In this document: positions 9,134 to 18,643 of the stretch, one piece after another
Layout of the letters: every line of letters begins with the position of its first letter
How positions within the stretch are numbered: position 1 is the first letter of the stretch
IMG/VR virus record: IMGVR_UViG_3300045996_000612
Coordinates: 779 to 64,778 of that record
Direction: 5' to 3' (one strand)
Origin: a virus
Lineage: Duplodnaviria; Caudoviricetes
DNA length: 64,000 nt
Translations under genes and position numbers: made by a program
The notes under the pieces: model-generated
Seen by the model: the letters and a program-made list of their open reading frames with translations, nothing else
What the model was told of the DNA's origin: nothing
Database searches by the model: none

Positions 9134-11377
9134 TCATGCTCCAGGTTGTGGTTGTTGTTCCATCGGCGGCATCGGCTCGGGTGCCGGGGCCGGTGGCTGT
9201 TGAGCCGCTTGCGGCGGCAATCCTTGTGCGGCCAGACCGGCCGGGACTGGCTTCCCACCCGTCCAGCCGCCCTGCATCAGCAGATTGTCGCCCACCTTGG
9301 CGATCGTCGGCTGGGTGATGACCAGCGTCGCTGCTTCCATCGCGGCCTTGGCGCCGGCCATGTTGGCGTTGACGGTATCGGCCTTGATCTTGTCGGTGGC
9401 GGCGCGCAGGTTGTCGGCCTTGGCTTCCTTTTCGGCGATCTCGGCCTCGGCGGCGCGCGCCTGCATCTGCTGCTGGGCGGCCTGCGCCTGCATGGCCTGC
9501 TGCTCTTCTGCGGTCAGTTCGGTCGCTTCCGGGTCGCGCATGCCGTTCATCTGGCGCACGCGCTTGGAAATCTCCTCGCCGTTCGGCAGGTCCATCTGCT
9601 CGACGATCAGGTCCAGCATCAGCATGCCCACTTGCGGCGGCATCTTGGACACCATCTCCGTGAGCTGGTCGACGGCAGCCTGGCGCATGGTCGCGCGCCA
9701 GTCGGACTCGGACACCACGAAATCGGCCTTGGAACGGCTGATGTCGTTCTCGGGCAGCCCGTCGTTCATGGTGATGAATTCCGGCGTGCCGCGCTGGTTG
9801 GTGATGCGGAACTGCTTCTGGTCGGTGACGAACTGCTCGATGTTGCACAGCGTGATCTCGCCATGGAGCTGGACGGCGAAGCGCAGGTTGTCGAACAGTT
9901 TATTGGTGGCCAGCGATCCCTGCTCCTGGCGCGCCAGAATGGCCTTGCCCGACGTGGCATTGGTGCTCTTGCCCATCTGCTCGTCGGTGACGCCGCCAAC
10001 CTGCTGGATCATCATGATGTTGCGGCTCATGAGGTCCAGGTGTGCCGGTGCCAGTTCGCGGTCGACGTCCATCCGCACCTTGTTGCCGGACAGCGCGCCG
10101 TTGGCGAACACCATCAGGGCATCCGGCTTTGCCGCCTCTTCGGCCAAGTCGTCCGGCGTCCAGCCGTCAGCCAGTGCGCCGGTCTCCATGGCGATCTTGT
10201 TGGACGACAGGATGTGCAGTGCCTTCGATGCGCGCTTGTTGATGTCGTCCTGGATGTCGCGCAGGCCGCGGATGATCCCGTAGGGCAGCCCATCTCGCCC
10301 GCGGCGGTAGCCCCACACCGGGATGAACTTCAGGCGATTGTGCTTGAACGGGCTGGGGCCGTCGTACAGCGGATGCGTGGTGGTCATGAACATGACGCGT
10401 GCGCGCATGACGACCTTCTTGTGCAGTTGACCGTTGCCAGACTGGACAGCCTCGACGTGGCGCGGGTCGCGCTTATCGAAAATGTCGCCCTTGAAGGAGC
10501 CGCCCTTGATCTTCTCGACTTCTTCCGGCTCCCGATACCACGCCTCGATCAACCGCACGCGCCGGCGCTTGTGGATGTAGATCGGATTGGTGCCACCGAA
10601 GATTTCTCGGCTCGCTTCCGCGCCGTCCATGGCCTCGTCGCCATCTTCCATCGATGCCGATCCGAAGGTGGCGATCTCGTTGGCCGAGTTCTCCAGCAGG
10701 GATTTGCAGTGCGGGAACATGGCAATCGCAATGTCCAGGTCGACCCACTTGGAGCGGAACTGGTAGCGCATGTCGGACGTGTCCATCTCGGTGGCGGCGC
10801 TGTCCCACAGCATATTGCGCCAGCTCTCGTACCGATCGCCGGTCGGCTCGTCCTCTTCATCGTCCGGTACGCTGGTCTCGATCCAGCCCAGGCCGACCTT
10901 CACGGCATCCTCGAAGGCGCGCGAGCGGTTGAATGGGGTGCGCCAGACGTCGCTGATGTACTTCAGGTATTTGGTCTTGGCCTCGGCCGGCTTTGCATCT
11001 TCGGCACCGCGCGGCAGGATCTTGAAATCGGTGCGCCCGCGCTTCTCCGAGCCGATCACCCAGTTCACGGTCTGTGCGATGACGTTGTAGACGATCGGCG
11101 CCTGGCCGCGGTCCTTGAGCACCTGCGCATCTTCTTCCGTCCATTGCAGGTGGTCGTAGTAGTCCTCGTCCTTGGCCATCTCGGCGCGGTTGGCCGACTG
11201 GACTTCGAGCTCATAGCGGTACTTCGCCACCAGCATGGCGTGGCGATCACGGATGGCCGGCTCATCCATCGGGTGCGCGGGCTTTTCTACCGCGGCACGC
11301 TCGCTTGCTGGCAGGCGGTCGAGCGGGGAATCCTTCCTCGTCTTGGTCAGGCTTTCGTCTTGCAGGTCAAAGGACAT
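9134..11377 (-). CDS. Portal protein (P22-like)
   Basis: 747 aa; YYD..QW, N.I...VNW..G, PYG.IR.LRD.Q...NKR.SK and SG.AI..RQ.QG motifs; Gln-rich barrel. Confidence 0.9.
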   Translation of the reverse strand: MSFDLQDESLTKTRKDSPLDRLPASERAAVEKPAHPMDEPAIRDRHAMLVAKYRYELEVQSANRAEMAKDEDYYDHLQWTEEDAQVLKDRGQAPIVYNVIAQTVNWVIGSEKRGRTDFKILPRGAEDAKPAEAKTKYLKYISDVWRTPFNRSRAFEDAVKVGLGWIETSVPDDEEDEPTGDRYESWRNMLWDSAATEMDTSDMRYQFRSKWVDLDIAIAMFPHCKSLLENSANEIATFGSASMEDGDEAMDGAEASREIFGGTNPIYIHKRRRVRLIEAWYREPEEVEKIKGGSFKGDIFDKRDPRHVEAVQSGNGQLHKKVVMRARVMFMTTTHPLYDGPSPFKHNRLKFIPVWGYRRGRDGLPYGIIRGLRDIQDDINKRASKALHILSSNKIAMETGALADGWTPDDLAEEAAKPDALMVFANGALSGNKVRMDVDRELAPAHLDLMSRNIMMIQQVGGVTDEQMGKSTNATSGKAILARQEQGSLATNKLFDNLRFAVQLHGEITLCNIEQFVTDQKQFRITNQRGTPEFITMNDGLPENDISRSKADFVVSESDWRATMRQAAVDQLTEMVSKMPPQVGMLMLDLIVEQMDLPNGEEISKRVRQMNGMRDPEATELTAEEQQAMQAQAAQQQMQARAAEAEIAEKEAKADNLRAATDKIKADTVNANMAGAKAAMEAATLVITQPTIAKVGDNLLMQGGWTGGKPVPAGLAAQGLPPQAAQQPPAPAPEPMPPMEQQPQPGA

Positions 11378-11398
11378 GGCTTCCCCGGTCGGTGATGG

Positions 11399-11827
11399 TT
11401 AAACTTGCTGCTGCGGCACGTAATCGACGATCTCCAGCGAGCGCTTGCGCCCATCGGCAGCCACGGTCGCATCGGCCACGACAACGGCGTCCACCGGGTT
11501 GGGCGGCATGTTCAGCAGGTCGTTCAGGCTGTCTTCGATCAGCAGCGCGATCTTGTGCGCGGTCTGCATGCTGTCGCTGCCGGTCAGGCCAGCCAAAGCG
11601 CCGGCGACCTGCGCACAGTAACGGGCGTCATCATACTTGTAGGCAGCGGATAATGCTACAACGCATGGCTTGAATGCTCGCGGGTTCAGGGCATTGATGA
11701 TCACCAGGGCCGGCTCATGGGTTTCCTGATCCTCATTCCACAGCCAGGTGCCGATGACGGCGAGGTCGCCGCTGGTGCGACTGAACTGCTGGCGGGATAG
11801 GTCGATGGCGGGTTGTCGTTCGGTCAT
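11399..11827 (-). CDS. Conserved hypothetical protein between terL and portal
   Basis: 142 aa, ATGA-coupled to terL, GGAG SD. Confidence 0.7.
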   Translation of the reverse strand: MTERQPAIDLSRQQFSRTSGDLAVIGTWLWNEDQETHEPALVIINALNPRAFKPCVVALSAAYKYDDARYCAQVAGALAGLTGSDSMQTAHKIALLIEDSLNDLLNMPPNPVDAVVVADATVAADGRKRSLEIVDYVPQQQV

Positions 11828-13200
11828 GCGGTTCTCCAGTTAGATTTGCTTCTCTTCCACGGCCCGGCGCCTGCGATGTTGTCGACCTGGCCCCACTGCC
11901 TGAAGGCGTCGGCATAGTTGGAGTAACGGTCATGCAGCGGCACTTCGGTGTAGACGTCCAGTTTCTCGTTGTACTTCTTCCGGTAGTTGTCGAGCGCGGC
12001 GATACCGTCGGCGCAACCCTCCTCGTCGATGTAGACGTTCCCGCCCATCTTCATGCGGGTTTGCTGGATGCCGGTCAGCACGGCTTCGATGCGCGGCACG
12101 ACTGCGAAGCGGTGCCCGCGCAGCAATCCTTCCAGTATCTCGCGTGCGCACTTGCCAGTCTGCAGGCTCTTGTTGTCAGCATCGTGTGGCAGGTGGTGCG
12201 TGCCAAACACGTAGCCGCGCGACAGCAGGTATTCTGCGTAGTGATCCAGGCTCTCGCCCGAGTTCTCGTAGGCGTGGATGAACCGGGTTTCGCCGGCCAC
12301 GTACTGGACGAACCAGATCGCGGTGGTGTCGTTGAACCCGAGATCCCAGAAGGTGTGCACCGGCACGCCGGGCTGATATGGCACGCGCCTGATGCGGCCT
12401 TGGGCGCGCATCTTCTGCATCTCGTTGAGGTAGTAGGCGCCCTTGACCTTGCTGCCCTTCCACAGCCCTTTCAGTAGCGCCTCGCGCTCCTCCGGTTCGA
12501 GCTGCAGCAGCGCCTCGCGGTAGCCGGTGCTCGACAGGTGCGGGTTGTCCGACAGGCGGGCCGGGATGAAGCGCCGGCGCAGCGTCGTGACCGTGCTCAT
12601 CTCCTCATCGACAATATCGACCGGCAGATTGGTCTCTTTGCCGTCGGCCTGGATACCCCAGCGCTGCATGACCCACTTCTGGCCAGGGCCATCGGGGTTG
12701 GTGGTGGCGCGGATGTAGCGCGGCAGGCTCTTGTCGGTCGATCGGCAGCGCGAGAACAGGTAGAGGAAGCAGACGTTGGTGGCCCACAGCGTGAGCTCGT
12801 CGAACCCGATGTAGTTCCAGGCGCGCCCGCGGTACTTGAGTCGGTCGGCATCATTCTGCAGGTATCCGAACTCGACCTTGGCGCCACTAGGGAATGTCCA
12901 GACCTTTTCCGTCTTGTTGTAGTCGGCACCCTCGATGATCTGGGGGTAGACCTCCAGCGAGCGGTCGATCAGGTCGCGCAGCTCGGGGAACGAGCGTCGG
13001 AACAGCACTGCGCGGTGGTGCCCGTTGTCCGGTCCGCCATGCTGGAGGCACAAGGCATCGATCAGGAGCGCATCGGACTTGCCGCCGCCGGCCGCACCGC
13101 CATACAGCACCTCGAAGTCGTCGCAGGAGAGGAATGCCGACTGGCGCTCGGTTGGCGCCCAAATCACGTCTTCCTGTGCGAATTCAGCTACTGCGCCCAT
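11824..13200 (-). CDS. terL: Terminase large subunit
   Basis: YGGAAGGGKS Walker A, FDEL Walker B, ATTNP, WDLGFND nuclease motif, HD..S.YADAFR. Confidence 0.95.
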   Translation of the reverse strand: MGAVAEFAQEDVIWAPTERQSAFLSCDDFEVLYGGAAGGGKSDALLIDALCLQHGGPDNGHHRAVLFRRSFPELRDLIDRSLEVYPQIIEGADYNKTEKVWTFPSGAKVEFGYLQNDADRLKYRGRAWNYIGFDELTLWATNVCFLYLFSRCRSTDKSLPRYIRATTNPDGPGQKWVMQRWGIQADGKETNLPVDIVDEEMSTVTTLRRRFIPARLSDNPHLSSTGYREALLQLEPEEREALLKGLWKGSKVKGAYYLNEMQKMRAQGRIRRVPYQPGVPVHTFWDLGFNDTTAIWFVQYVAGETRFIHAYENSGESLDHYAEYLLSRGYVFGTHHLPHDADNKSLQTGKCAREILEGLLRGHRFAVVPRIEAVLTGIQQTRMKMGGNVYIDEEGCADGIAALDNYRKKYNEKLDVYTEVPLHDRYSNYADAFRQWGQVDNIAGAGPWKRSKSNWRTA

Positions 13201-13201
13201 G

Positions 13202-13777
13202 TCAGTCCTGCGGCTTCTCGACCGGCTTAATGCTCACCTCAGCCTTTTGCTTTGGCGGAACCAGCACCACCCTCGTCCTCACCTCTACCGGTGCCTCTGG
13301 GTCGCCCTGCAGCTTCATCTTGTCGTTGAGCATGCCAAGGTGTCGCATCGCCAGGCCGAGCGCCGCCACTTTGTCGGAGACCTTGACCTTCTTGGTGTAT
13401 CCGATGAACTTGCGGTCTTCGCCGTGCCCCTCGTACTCCTCGGTGATGTCCATCCCCGACAAAACAGCGGCCGTGTCGTCGTCGAGCTCGTTAATGGGCT
13501 TGGGCGAGCCATCCGGGTTCAGCAGCTTGCGTGGGTCGAAGAAAGCCACGCGAGCCAGCTCCTTGAGCACCCGGTCTTGCGTGATCTCGGTGCGCTGCTG
13601 GCGAGCCTGTTGGCGCTCCGCAATCAATTGCTGAATTTCAGGTTTTTTGAGGAGGTCGAACGCCTGCTGCCCGGCTGTACGAGTGCTGTATCCCGCGCGA
13701 ATTGCTGCCTGAGTGGCGTTCAGGTCGATCAGGTACTCGTCGACGAATGCCCTCTGCTTGTCGTTTAGATTAGCCAT
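13202..13777 (-). CDS. terS: Terminase small subunit
   Basis: LNDKQRAFVDEYLIDLNATQAAIRAGYS..TA, the Terminase_2 signature. Confidence 0.93.
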   Translation of the reverse strand: MANLNDKQRAFVDEYLIDLNATQAAIRAGYSTRTAGQQAFDLLKKPEIQQLIAERQQARQQRTEITQDRVLKELARVAFFDPRKLLNPDGSPKPINELDDDTAAVLSGMDITEEYEGHGEDRKFIGYTKKVKVSDKVAALGLAMRHLGMLNDKMKLQGDPEAPVEVRTRVVLVPPKQKAEVSIKPVEKPQD

Positions 13778-14312
13778 GGGCAGCCCCGCCGACGACCTGA
13801 TTGACAGCATCACGGTATGCGATGTGCTCCTTGATGCTGCCCCATGGGAGCGGCACCACGTTAGCCTTGAGGCAGGTTGTCTCGATCACCGCGTCCAGAT
13901 CGACATTGCCTGTCGACGTCCACAGCAGGCACCGGCGGATTTTTGTAATGCCGCCTTTACTCATCCCGAGCTGAGCGGCATAAAGCCCGGCTTGGCCGAT
14001 GCCCGCAACCACATGGGTGTAGCCACGAGACCCATCCTTCGCCTCAATGACACTGGCCGACCCGTCGATATGGAAAACAACAATGTCTGCCCGACCGAAC
14101 TTAAACGCCATTTCGCACACCACGGTGTCGAGGTGGCTCATGGGGATGCGATCCTCTTGTAGTTCGGGGTTCTCCGTCTTGGCGGTGAGCACAAACAGGC
14201 GCACGATGTCAGCCTCGACACCAGTTACTTTGTCGATCAGTTCGTCATGGATGCGCTCGATGGCCTCCCAGTCGGTCGGGCGCTTCTGATCACCTGAATT
14301 TGCGTCCGTCAT
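13770..14312 (-). CDS. PD-(D/E)XK nuclease
   Basis: GRADIV...VIEAK...GIGQ...Y motif. Confidence 0.7.
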   Translation of the reverse strand: MTDANSGDQKRPTDWEAIERIHDELIDKVTGVEADIVRLFVLTAKTENPELQEDRIPMSHLDTVVCEMAFKFGRADIVVFHIDGSASVIEAKDGSRGYTHVVAGIGQAGLYAAQLGMSKGGITKIRRCLLWTSTGNVDLDAVIETTCLKANVVPLPWGSIKEHIAYRDAVNQVVGGAAHG

Positions 14313-14434
14313 CTCGGTTTTACGCTCTATAGTTGGCAATTGATTCACCGTCGTAACGGTGGTTGTATAACGGAACCAATGGTATCACAACCAGACCGCC
14401 TGGAAAGTGGCTGGTTGCATAGGAAGGAAGTCTG

Positions 14435-14854
14435 TTGCCATCCCGGATCAAGCTGGCGAAGCAGCGCCACGTCATCGCGCGGCTGATACTCGACCTGATG
14501 AAGCTCCCCGTTGAAACGCACATGGGGACCAACCACTACGCATCCAGGTGCGACGACATGATCCTGATGTGTGCCATCACCATCGGGCAGATCGAGGGGC
14601 GGCTGATGACCGCTGCGAAGCTGTCCGACTATGCCGGGTTGCCGCGGCCTACCGTCGTGCGGAAGCTCAAGCAGTTCGAGAAGGCTGGGATGGTGGAGAT
14701 GAAGGACGGGGCGCCGGTGGGCATCATCGACCACCTGAACATGGAAGGGCTCGCGCCAATGATCAATGCGATGATCCAGGCCATTCACAGGGCTTCAGCC
14801 GAACTGTCCAAAATGGACAGCAAAGGTATTGCCGCCGATTCCGTGCCCAAATAA
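14435..14854 (+). CDS. Winged-helix transcriptional regulator (moron-like)
   Basis: MTAAKLSDYAGLPRPTVVRKLKQFEKAGMV HTH; opposite strand to flanking operons; start uncertain. Confidence 0.7.
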   Translation: MPSRIKLAKQRHVIARLILDLMKLPVETHMGTNHYASRCDDMILMCAITIGQIEGRLMTAAKLSDYAGLPRPTVVRKLKQFEKAGMVEMKDGAPVGIIDHLNMEGLAPMINAMIQAIHRASAELSKMDSKGIAADSVPK

Positions 14855-14923
14855 ATTGCAATGCGTCGAAGCATCGCCTGATACTATTGCGCAATTATGA
14901 CGCGGTGACGGGCTAGTGGGGCA

Positions 14924-15286
14924 ATGATGACCAGTTCATTTGTTTATGAAGAAGGCAATATTGGTGGCGGGCGGCAGGCTGTTCCTCCTGCATTGGAAGT
15001 GGCCGCGGTGTCGTTCATCTTGATGGACATGGGCAATGGGGTGATGCGTGCTGCAGCACCTGTCCTGATGATCCCGGAAGAAGCGCGGGTGAAGGCGGCA
15101 GGGCCGGGCTATACCCGGATCGAGATGATGGAGGCGCCGGCAGTCGAGGATGTCACTACCACGGTGCTGAAGGTGCTGGGCGTCGATGGCCATCAGCGGA
15201 TGCAGGATGCCAAGATCAGCGCGTTCGCCAGACCGATCGATGAACGCACCTTCGATGTCGTGGCCTTGGTGCTGGGCTTGATCTGA
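14924..15286 (+). CDS. Hypothetical protein
   Basis: 120 aa ORF filling the gap before the tRNA. Confidence 0.55.
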   Translation: MMTSSFVYEEGNIGGGRQAVPPALEVAAVSFILMDMGNGVMRAAAPVLMIPEEARVKAAGPGYTRIEMMEAPAVEDVTTTVLKVLGVDGHQRMQDAKISAFARPIDERTFDVVALVLGLI

Positions 15287-15291
15287 GGGTT

Positions 15292-15387
15292 TGGCGGAGA
15301 TGGTCAGATTCGAACTGACGGGGCGACCTGCTACAGTTGCCCTCCTGCATTCAAGGCAGGCGCTTTAAGCCGCTCAGCCACATCTCC
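15292..15387 (-). tRNA. tRNA-Ser (anticodon TGA)
   Basis: GGAGATG/CATCTCC acceptor stem plus GCCA; CCTGC-CTTGAAT-GCAGG anticodon arm; long variable arm; GTCAG-TTCGAAT-CTGAC T arm. Confidence 0.93.
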
Positions 15388-15396
15388 TGTGTATCG

Positions 15397-15423
15397 CCCG
15401 GCCAGTTCGCCGGGTTTTTCTTT
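15397..15423 (+). terminator. Intrinsic terminator (plus strand)
   Basis: CCCGGC-CAGTTC-GCCGGG-TTTTTCTTT. Confidence 0.65.
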
Positions 15424-15433
15424 GTCCGCTCGC

Positions 15434-15715
15434 CTACGGCTTCAGGAACTTGCGGATGCTTTCCATGAGGTCGGTGTCGAGCAGGCTGTCGGCATACACC
15501 CGCGTGAGCAGGGCGCGCGCCTCGTCGAGCTGGCTGGCGCTCTTGGCCTTGCCCATGCCGTAGCCCACCCATGCAGCCTCGGAACCGTCGCGGCGCAGAT
15601 CCTGGCTGTAGATGGCCAGGTCCAGGTCACGGCGCTCCTCGGCGGCGCCGCAGTGATAGCAGTCGAGAGATCCTGGTGTGATCGAGCCGGTGTCGTTGCA
15701 GTAAATGCAGTTCAT
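15434..15715 (-). CDS. Hypothetical zinc-finger protein
   Basis: CIYC...CYHC; ATGA coupling and GGAGG SD. Confidence 0.65.
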   Translation of the reverse strand: MNCIYCNDTGSITPGSLDCYHCGAAEERRDLDLAIYSQDLRRDGSEAAWVGYGMGKAKSASQLDEARALLTRVYADSLLDTDLMESIRKFLKP

Positions 15716-15927
15716 GCTTCCTCCTTGCCGCGCGTGAGCGGGTTGTGAAACTCGTTATGGTCCGCAATGAAGTGCGGCTGGTTCAGAATTGCCGCCCAAT
15801 GGGTCGGGCCGCCGCCCTCTTCGCAGTCGCATGGGAGCGCGACCTTGTACTTGTCGAAGTTCTCGCGCGTGGTCTTGTGGTATGCGCAATACGATACGAT
15901 GAATTCCTCGGCTGTTTCGTGCGTCAT
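15712..15927 (-). CDS. Hypothetical phage protein
   Basis: ATGA-coupled, GGAGG SD, LPCDC motif. Confidence 0.65.
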   Translation of the reverse strand: MTHETAEEFIVSYCAYHKTTRENFDKYKVALPCDCEEGGGPTHWAAILNQPHFIADHNEFHNPLTRGKEEA

Positions 15928-16163
15928 GCTTCCTCCCTCCCGCTCTCTGCGCTTTGTGCAGCGGCCAAAGCTTTTCGCTTGATCGATTTTCGGCGTTGAG
16001 CAGTCGCGCGGCTGTTGCGGCGCGCGGCAATTCCTATTGGCTTGCCGTCCTCGCTGACAAAAACAAAGTCGTGAATGAGTCCACAGTCACAGCAGGCTAG
16101 CCGATAAATCTGTCCGCTCGGTACTTCAAAGCCTTCGTTGTCGCTCCTTTGGTGGTACTTCAT
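15924..16163 (-). CDS. Hypothetical phage protein
   Basis: ACCDCGL.H motif; coupled start and stop. Confidence 0.65.
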   Translation of the reverse strand: MKYHQRSDNEGFEVPSGQIYRLACCDCGLIHDFVFVSEDGKPIGIAARRNSRATAQRRKSIKRKALAAAQSAESGREEA

Positions 16164-17314
16164 TTTTGCCCCTTGGTTGCCGCGCCAACCATCGCGCTAT
16201 AGATAGCCTCATAGCTTGCGTACTCATCATTTTGTTCAGTAAGCACAGCTGCCAAGCTCATCTCTTTCGTTGGCTCCTTCGGCACGACCACATACCCATC
16301 CGGCACGCTGCTGGCCGCCGTTGCGGCTGCAGCCTCCGCATCGCGGCAGGCGCGGCAAAATCCCTCTGCCGGGTCGCAGCCGTTGCATTGAGCCGCCGTT
16401 GCCGGTGCGAGCGTCACTTCGGCAGCGGCCTCTCGGGCTTCGTCGATCCGTTCGCGCGCCGTTCCGCCGCCATGGCGCGACTTCGCAAAGAACACCCACA
16501 TCGTCGTGTCCTCGCCGTACAAGCTCCGGTCGAAGTCATCCATTTCACGGCAGTAGATATTCTGGTCCAGCCAATCCAGCCGTTCTTTATCAGCCACCGC
16601 ACCGGCAGGCGCTGCGTCAGCCGTGGCGGCGACAGCCTTGCATGCAGCGACAACTTTGGCGGCAAGCCAGCCGTTCCACGCGCTGACGTGCGCCATGGCG
16701 GCTGGGTGAAACGTGTCGAGCCATTCACAGTATTCCGCGTGCTCAGCGTTAAGGTCCACGCCCAGCGTAAGCGCCTGCTCAGCCTGCGCCACTGGCTTGT
16801 CAGCCGCCCCGGCGCGCTGGGCGAGTGCGGCGCGGAGGTCGGCAATCTCAGTGAGCATGAAAGCTTGATCGCTACCTGGGCCTTCAGGAACGTCCGGTCG
16901 ATTCTCGATCCACGTAGCGCGGCGCTCCTGCCAAGTCGGAATCTCCCCGCTCGGCACCTGTACCTGCTCGGTGGCGGCGAGAGCGGCCCGCTTGGCCTTG
17001 TGGAGTGGCTTGTCGACCACGATGAACGAGTTGGCCGATACGCCGTCGCGCCCGGCGGGGTGCTCGTCTTGCCATGCTTCATCAGCCTTTTGCCAGCGCT
17101 CCCACGCTTCGATGGTGTCATCCTGCTCTGGCATGGTCGGTCGAGTGCGCTCGTAAGCGACGCAATCGGCGCGGCAAGCATCAGCCTCGCCCTTGTCTTC
17201 AAACACAGCGATGAGGTAATCGGCCGAGTAGTCGAAGACCGCCATAACGGCGTATGCTGTGGTCAATGCTTCGCCCGACGTGATCGGTGCGGCAGGGGTG
17301 GTGTGGTCTTTCAT
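16160..17314 (-). CDS. Mosaic nin/ea-type hypothetical protein
   Basis: 384 aa with D.ERLDWL and VPDGYVVVP.EPT.EM modules. Confidence 0.7.
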   Translation of the reverse strand: MKDHTTPAAPITSGEALTTAYAVMAVFDYSADYLIAVFEDKGEADACRADCVAYERTRPTMPEQDDTIEAWERWQKADEAWQDEHPAGRDGVSANSFIVVDKPLHKAKRAALAATEQVQVPSGEIPTWQERRATWIENRPDVPEGPGSDQAFMLTEIADLRAALAQRAGAADKPVAQAEQALTLGVDLNAEHAEYCEWLDTFHPAAMAHVSAWNGWLAAKVVAACKAVAATADAAPAGAVADKERLDWLDQNIYCREMDDFDRSLYGEDTTMWVFFAKSRHGGGTARERIDEAREAAAEVTLAPATAAQCNGCDPAEGFCRACRDAEAAAATAASSVPDGYVVVPKEPTKEMSLAAVLTEQNDEYASYEAIYSAMVGAATKGQK

Positions 17315-17323
17315 GGCTCTGCC

Positions 17324-17704
17324 TTATGGTCGGTTGTCGGTGCCGCAGTGCACGCAGTTGTTCAGGTATCGCTCGGTGCCGCCCATGAATCGGCCGCATC
17401 CGGCGCAGTTGATCACGTCGGGCTGCTTCGGCGGTGGCTTGCGCAGCTCGATACCGGTCCCGGCCAGCGCCTCGGCGCGCTTCACGTACTGCATGTCCAC
17501 CGCCGGACGCGTCTTGGCGTCGATGTACTCTTTCGGCCACGGGATGTCGCTGATGCGCGATTCGTGCTGCGCGACAGCTTCGGCCTTGGTGTACACATGC
17601 GCCAGACGCAGATCGGTCGTGTAGCCTTTCCCCTCCTTCGCCCAAAACAGCATGTCGTTGCCGACATAGCTGCGGCTGTCCTGCAAGTAGAATTGGTCGC
17701 TCAT
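17324..17704 (-). CDS. Conserved phage protein with C-terminal Zn ribbon
   Basis: FYLQDSRSYVGN...FW....GYTTDL..AH motif; CAGC...CVHC. Confidence 0.75.
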   Translation of the reverse strand: MSDQFYLQDSRSYVGNDMLFWAKEGKGYTTDLRLAHVYTKAEAVAQHESRISDIPWPKEYIDAKTRPAVDMQYVKRAEALAGTGIELRKPPPKQPDVINCAGCGRFMGGTERYLNNCVHCGTDNRP

Positions 17705-18000
17705 TTGGTCTGCTCCTGTCCCTTGGGCTGGCGGTGCTTCTTCACGTATGCCATCGCCTCTGCTTTGGCCGTTGCCTCGTCTGGTGCAGGCTCATCGCAG
17801 GTGGTCTTGTACGGGATGCCGCTACCCGTCCAGCCAGCCACCCAGTACCAACCGCTGTAACGCGGGCCATCGCCCCAGTTGCGCTTTGCCGACACCGTGG
17901 CATATTTCACTGCGCCGTCGCTGAGGGCGCTGCCACGCGGCCCGCTGACCACGCCGGCCAACCCGCGTGGGCGTTCGTCCTTCTTCCATCGCAGAGCCAT
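17701..18000 (-). CDS. Hypothetical phage protein
   Basis: 99 aa, coupled ends, GAGGGG SD. Confidence 0.65.
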   Translation of the reverse strand: MALRWKKDERPRGLAGVVSGPRGSALSDGAVKYATVSAKRNWGDGPRYSGWYWVAGWTGSGIPYKTTCDEPAPDEATAKAEAMAYVKKHRQPKGQEQTK

Positions 18001-18641
18001 TATTTCCCCTCCCCGCCATCTTGCTGTCCTTGGGGATGGGCTGCGGCGATAGCTGCGGTAGGTGTTGGTCCGAAGCCTTTGGCAACTGGCTCTGCGCTGT
18101 CGCCGTAGATCGCGGCATGGAAACCGCCTTCGTATTCCGGCGTGATGGCAATGCGTTGCTCAATGATCTGTTGCTCAAGGCTCGCCCTCTCCAGCTTCGT
18201 CACAACGACGGCCAGCACGCGGTCGGTGATCGCCTTGTCGTAGCCAAACACCGCGCCGCTGCCGTCGTTGTGCAAGTACTGGCGCAGCGCTTTCGTCATT
18301 TCCTGAATCGACCAGTCCCACATCGCACCCGGTGCGCTTGGCACTTGCGCTGGCGGATGGGTGGCAGCGTCGAACAGTTCCGCCATGCTGCGCAGCGCTT
18401 CGTTCCTTTCGACGTTGGTCGTCGCCTGAAGGATCGTGTCGGCCAAGCGCTTGAACTCCACGTCCACCTCTGCCGCACTGGCTTGCGCTGGCACTGCGCT
18501 GCGGGCGAGAAGCCAGCCTTCCCATTTGCAGCGCGTTTCGGTGTAGGTGTAGTCCTTGCCGTTCACGCGTAGCAGGTCCACCGACTTATCGACCGATGCT
18601 TCAAAAAGCGCGCGCTCGGCTTCAATGTTCAGGTCAGCCAT
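18000..18641 (-). CDS. Mosaic hypothetical phage protein
   Basis: ATG at 18641 after GGAGG; ERALFEA...WEGWLLAR module. Confidence 0.65.
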   Translation of the reverse strand: MADLNIEAERALFEASVDKSVDLLRVNGKDYTYTETRCKWEGWLLARSAVPAQASAAEVDVEFKRLADTILQATTNVERNEALRSMAELFDAATHPPAQVPSAPGAMWDWSIQEMTKALRQYLHNDGSGAVFGYDKAITDRVLAVVVTKLERASLEQQIIEQRIAITPEYEGGFHAAIYGDSAEPVAKGFGPTPTAAIAAAHPQGQQDGGEGK

Positions 18642-18643
18642 GG

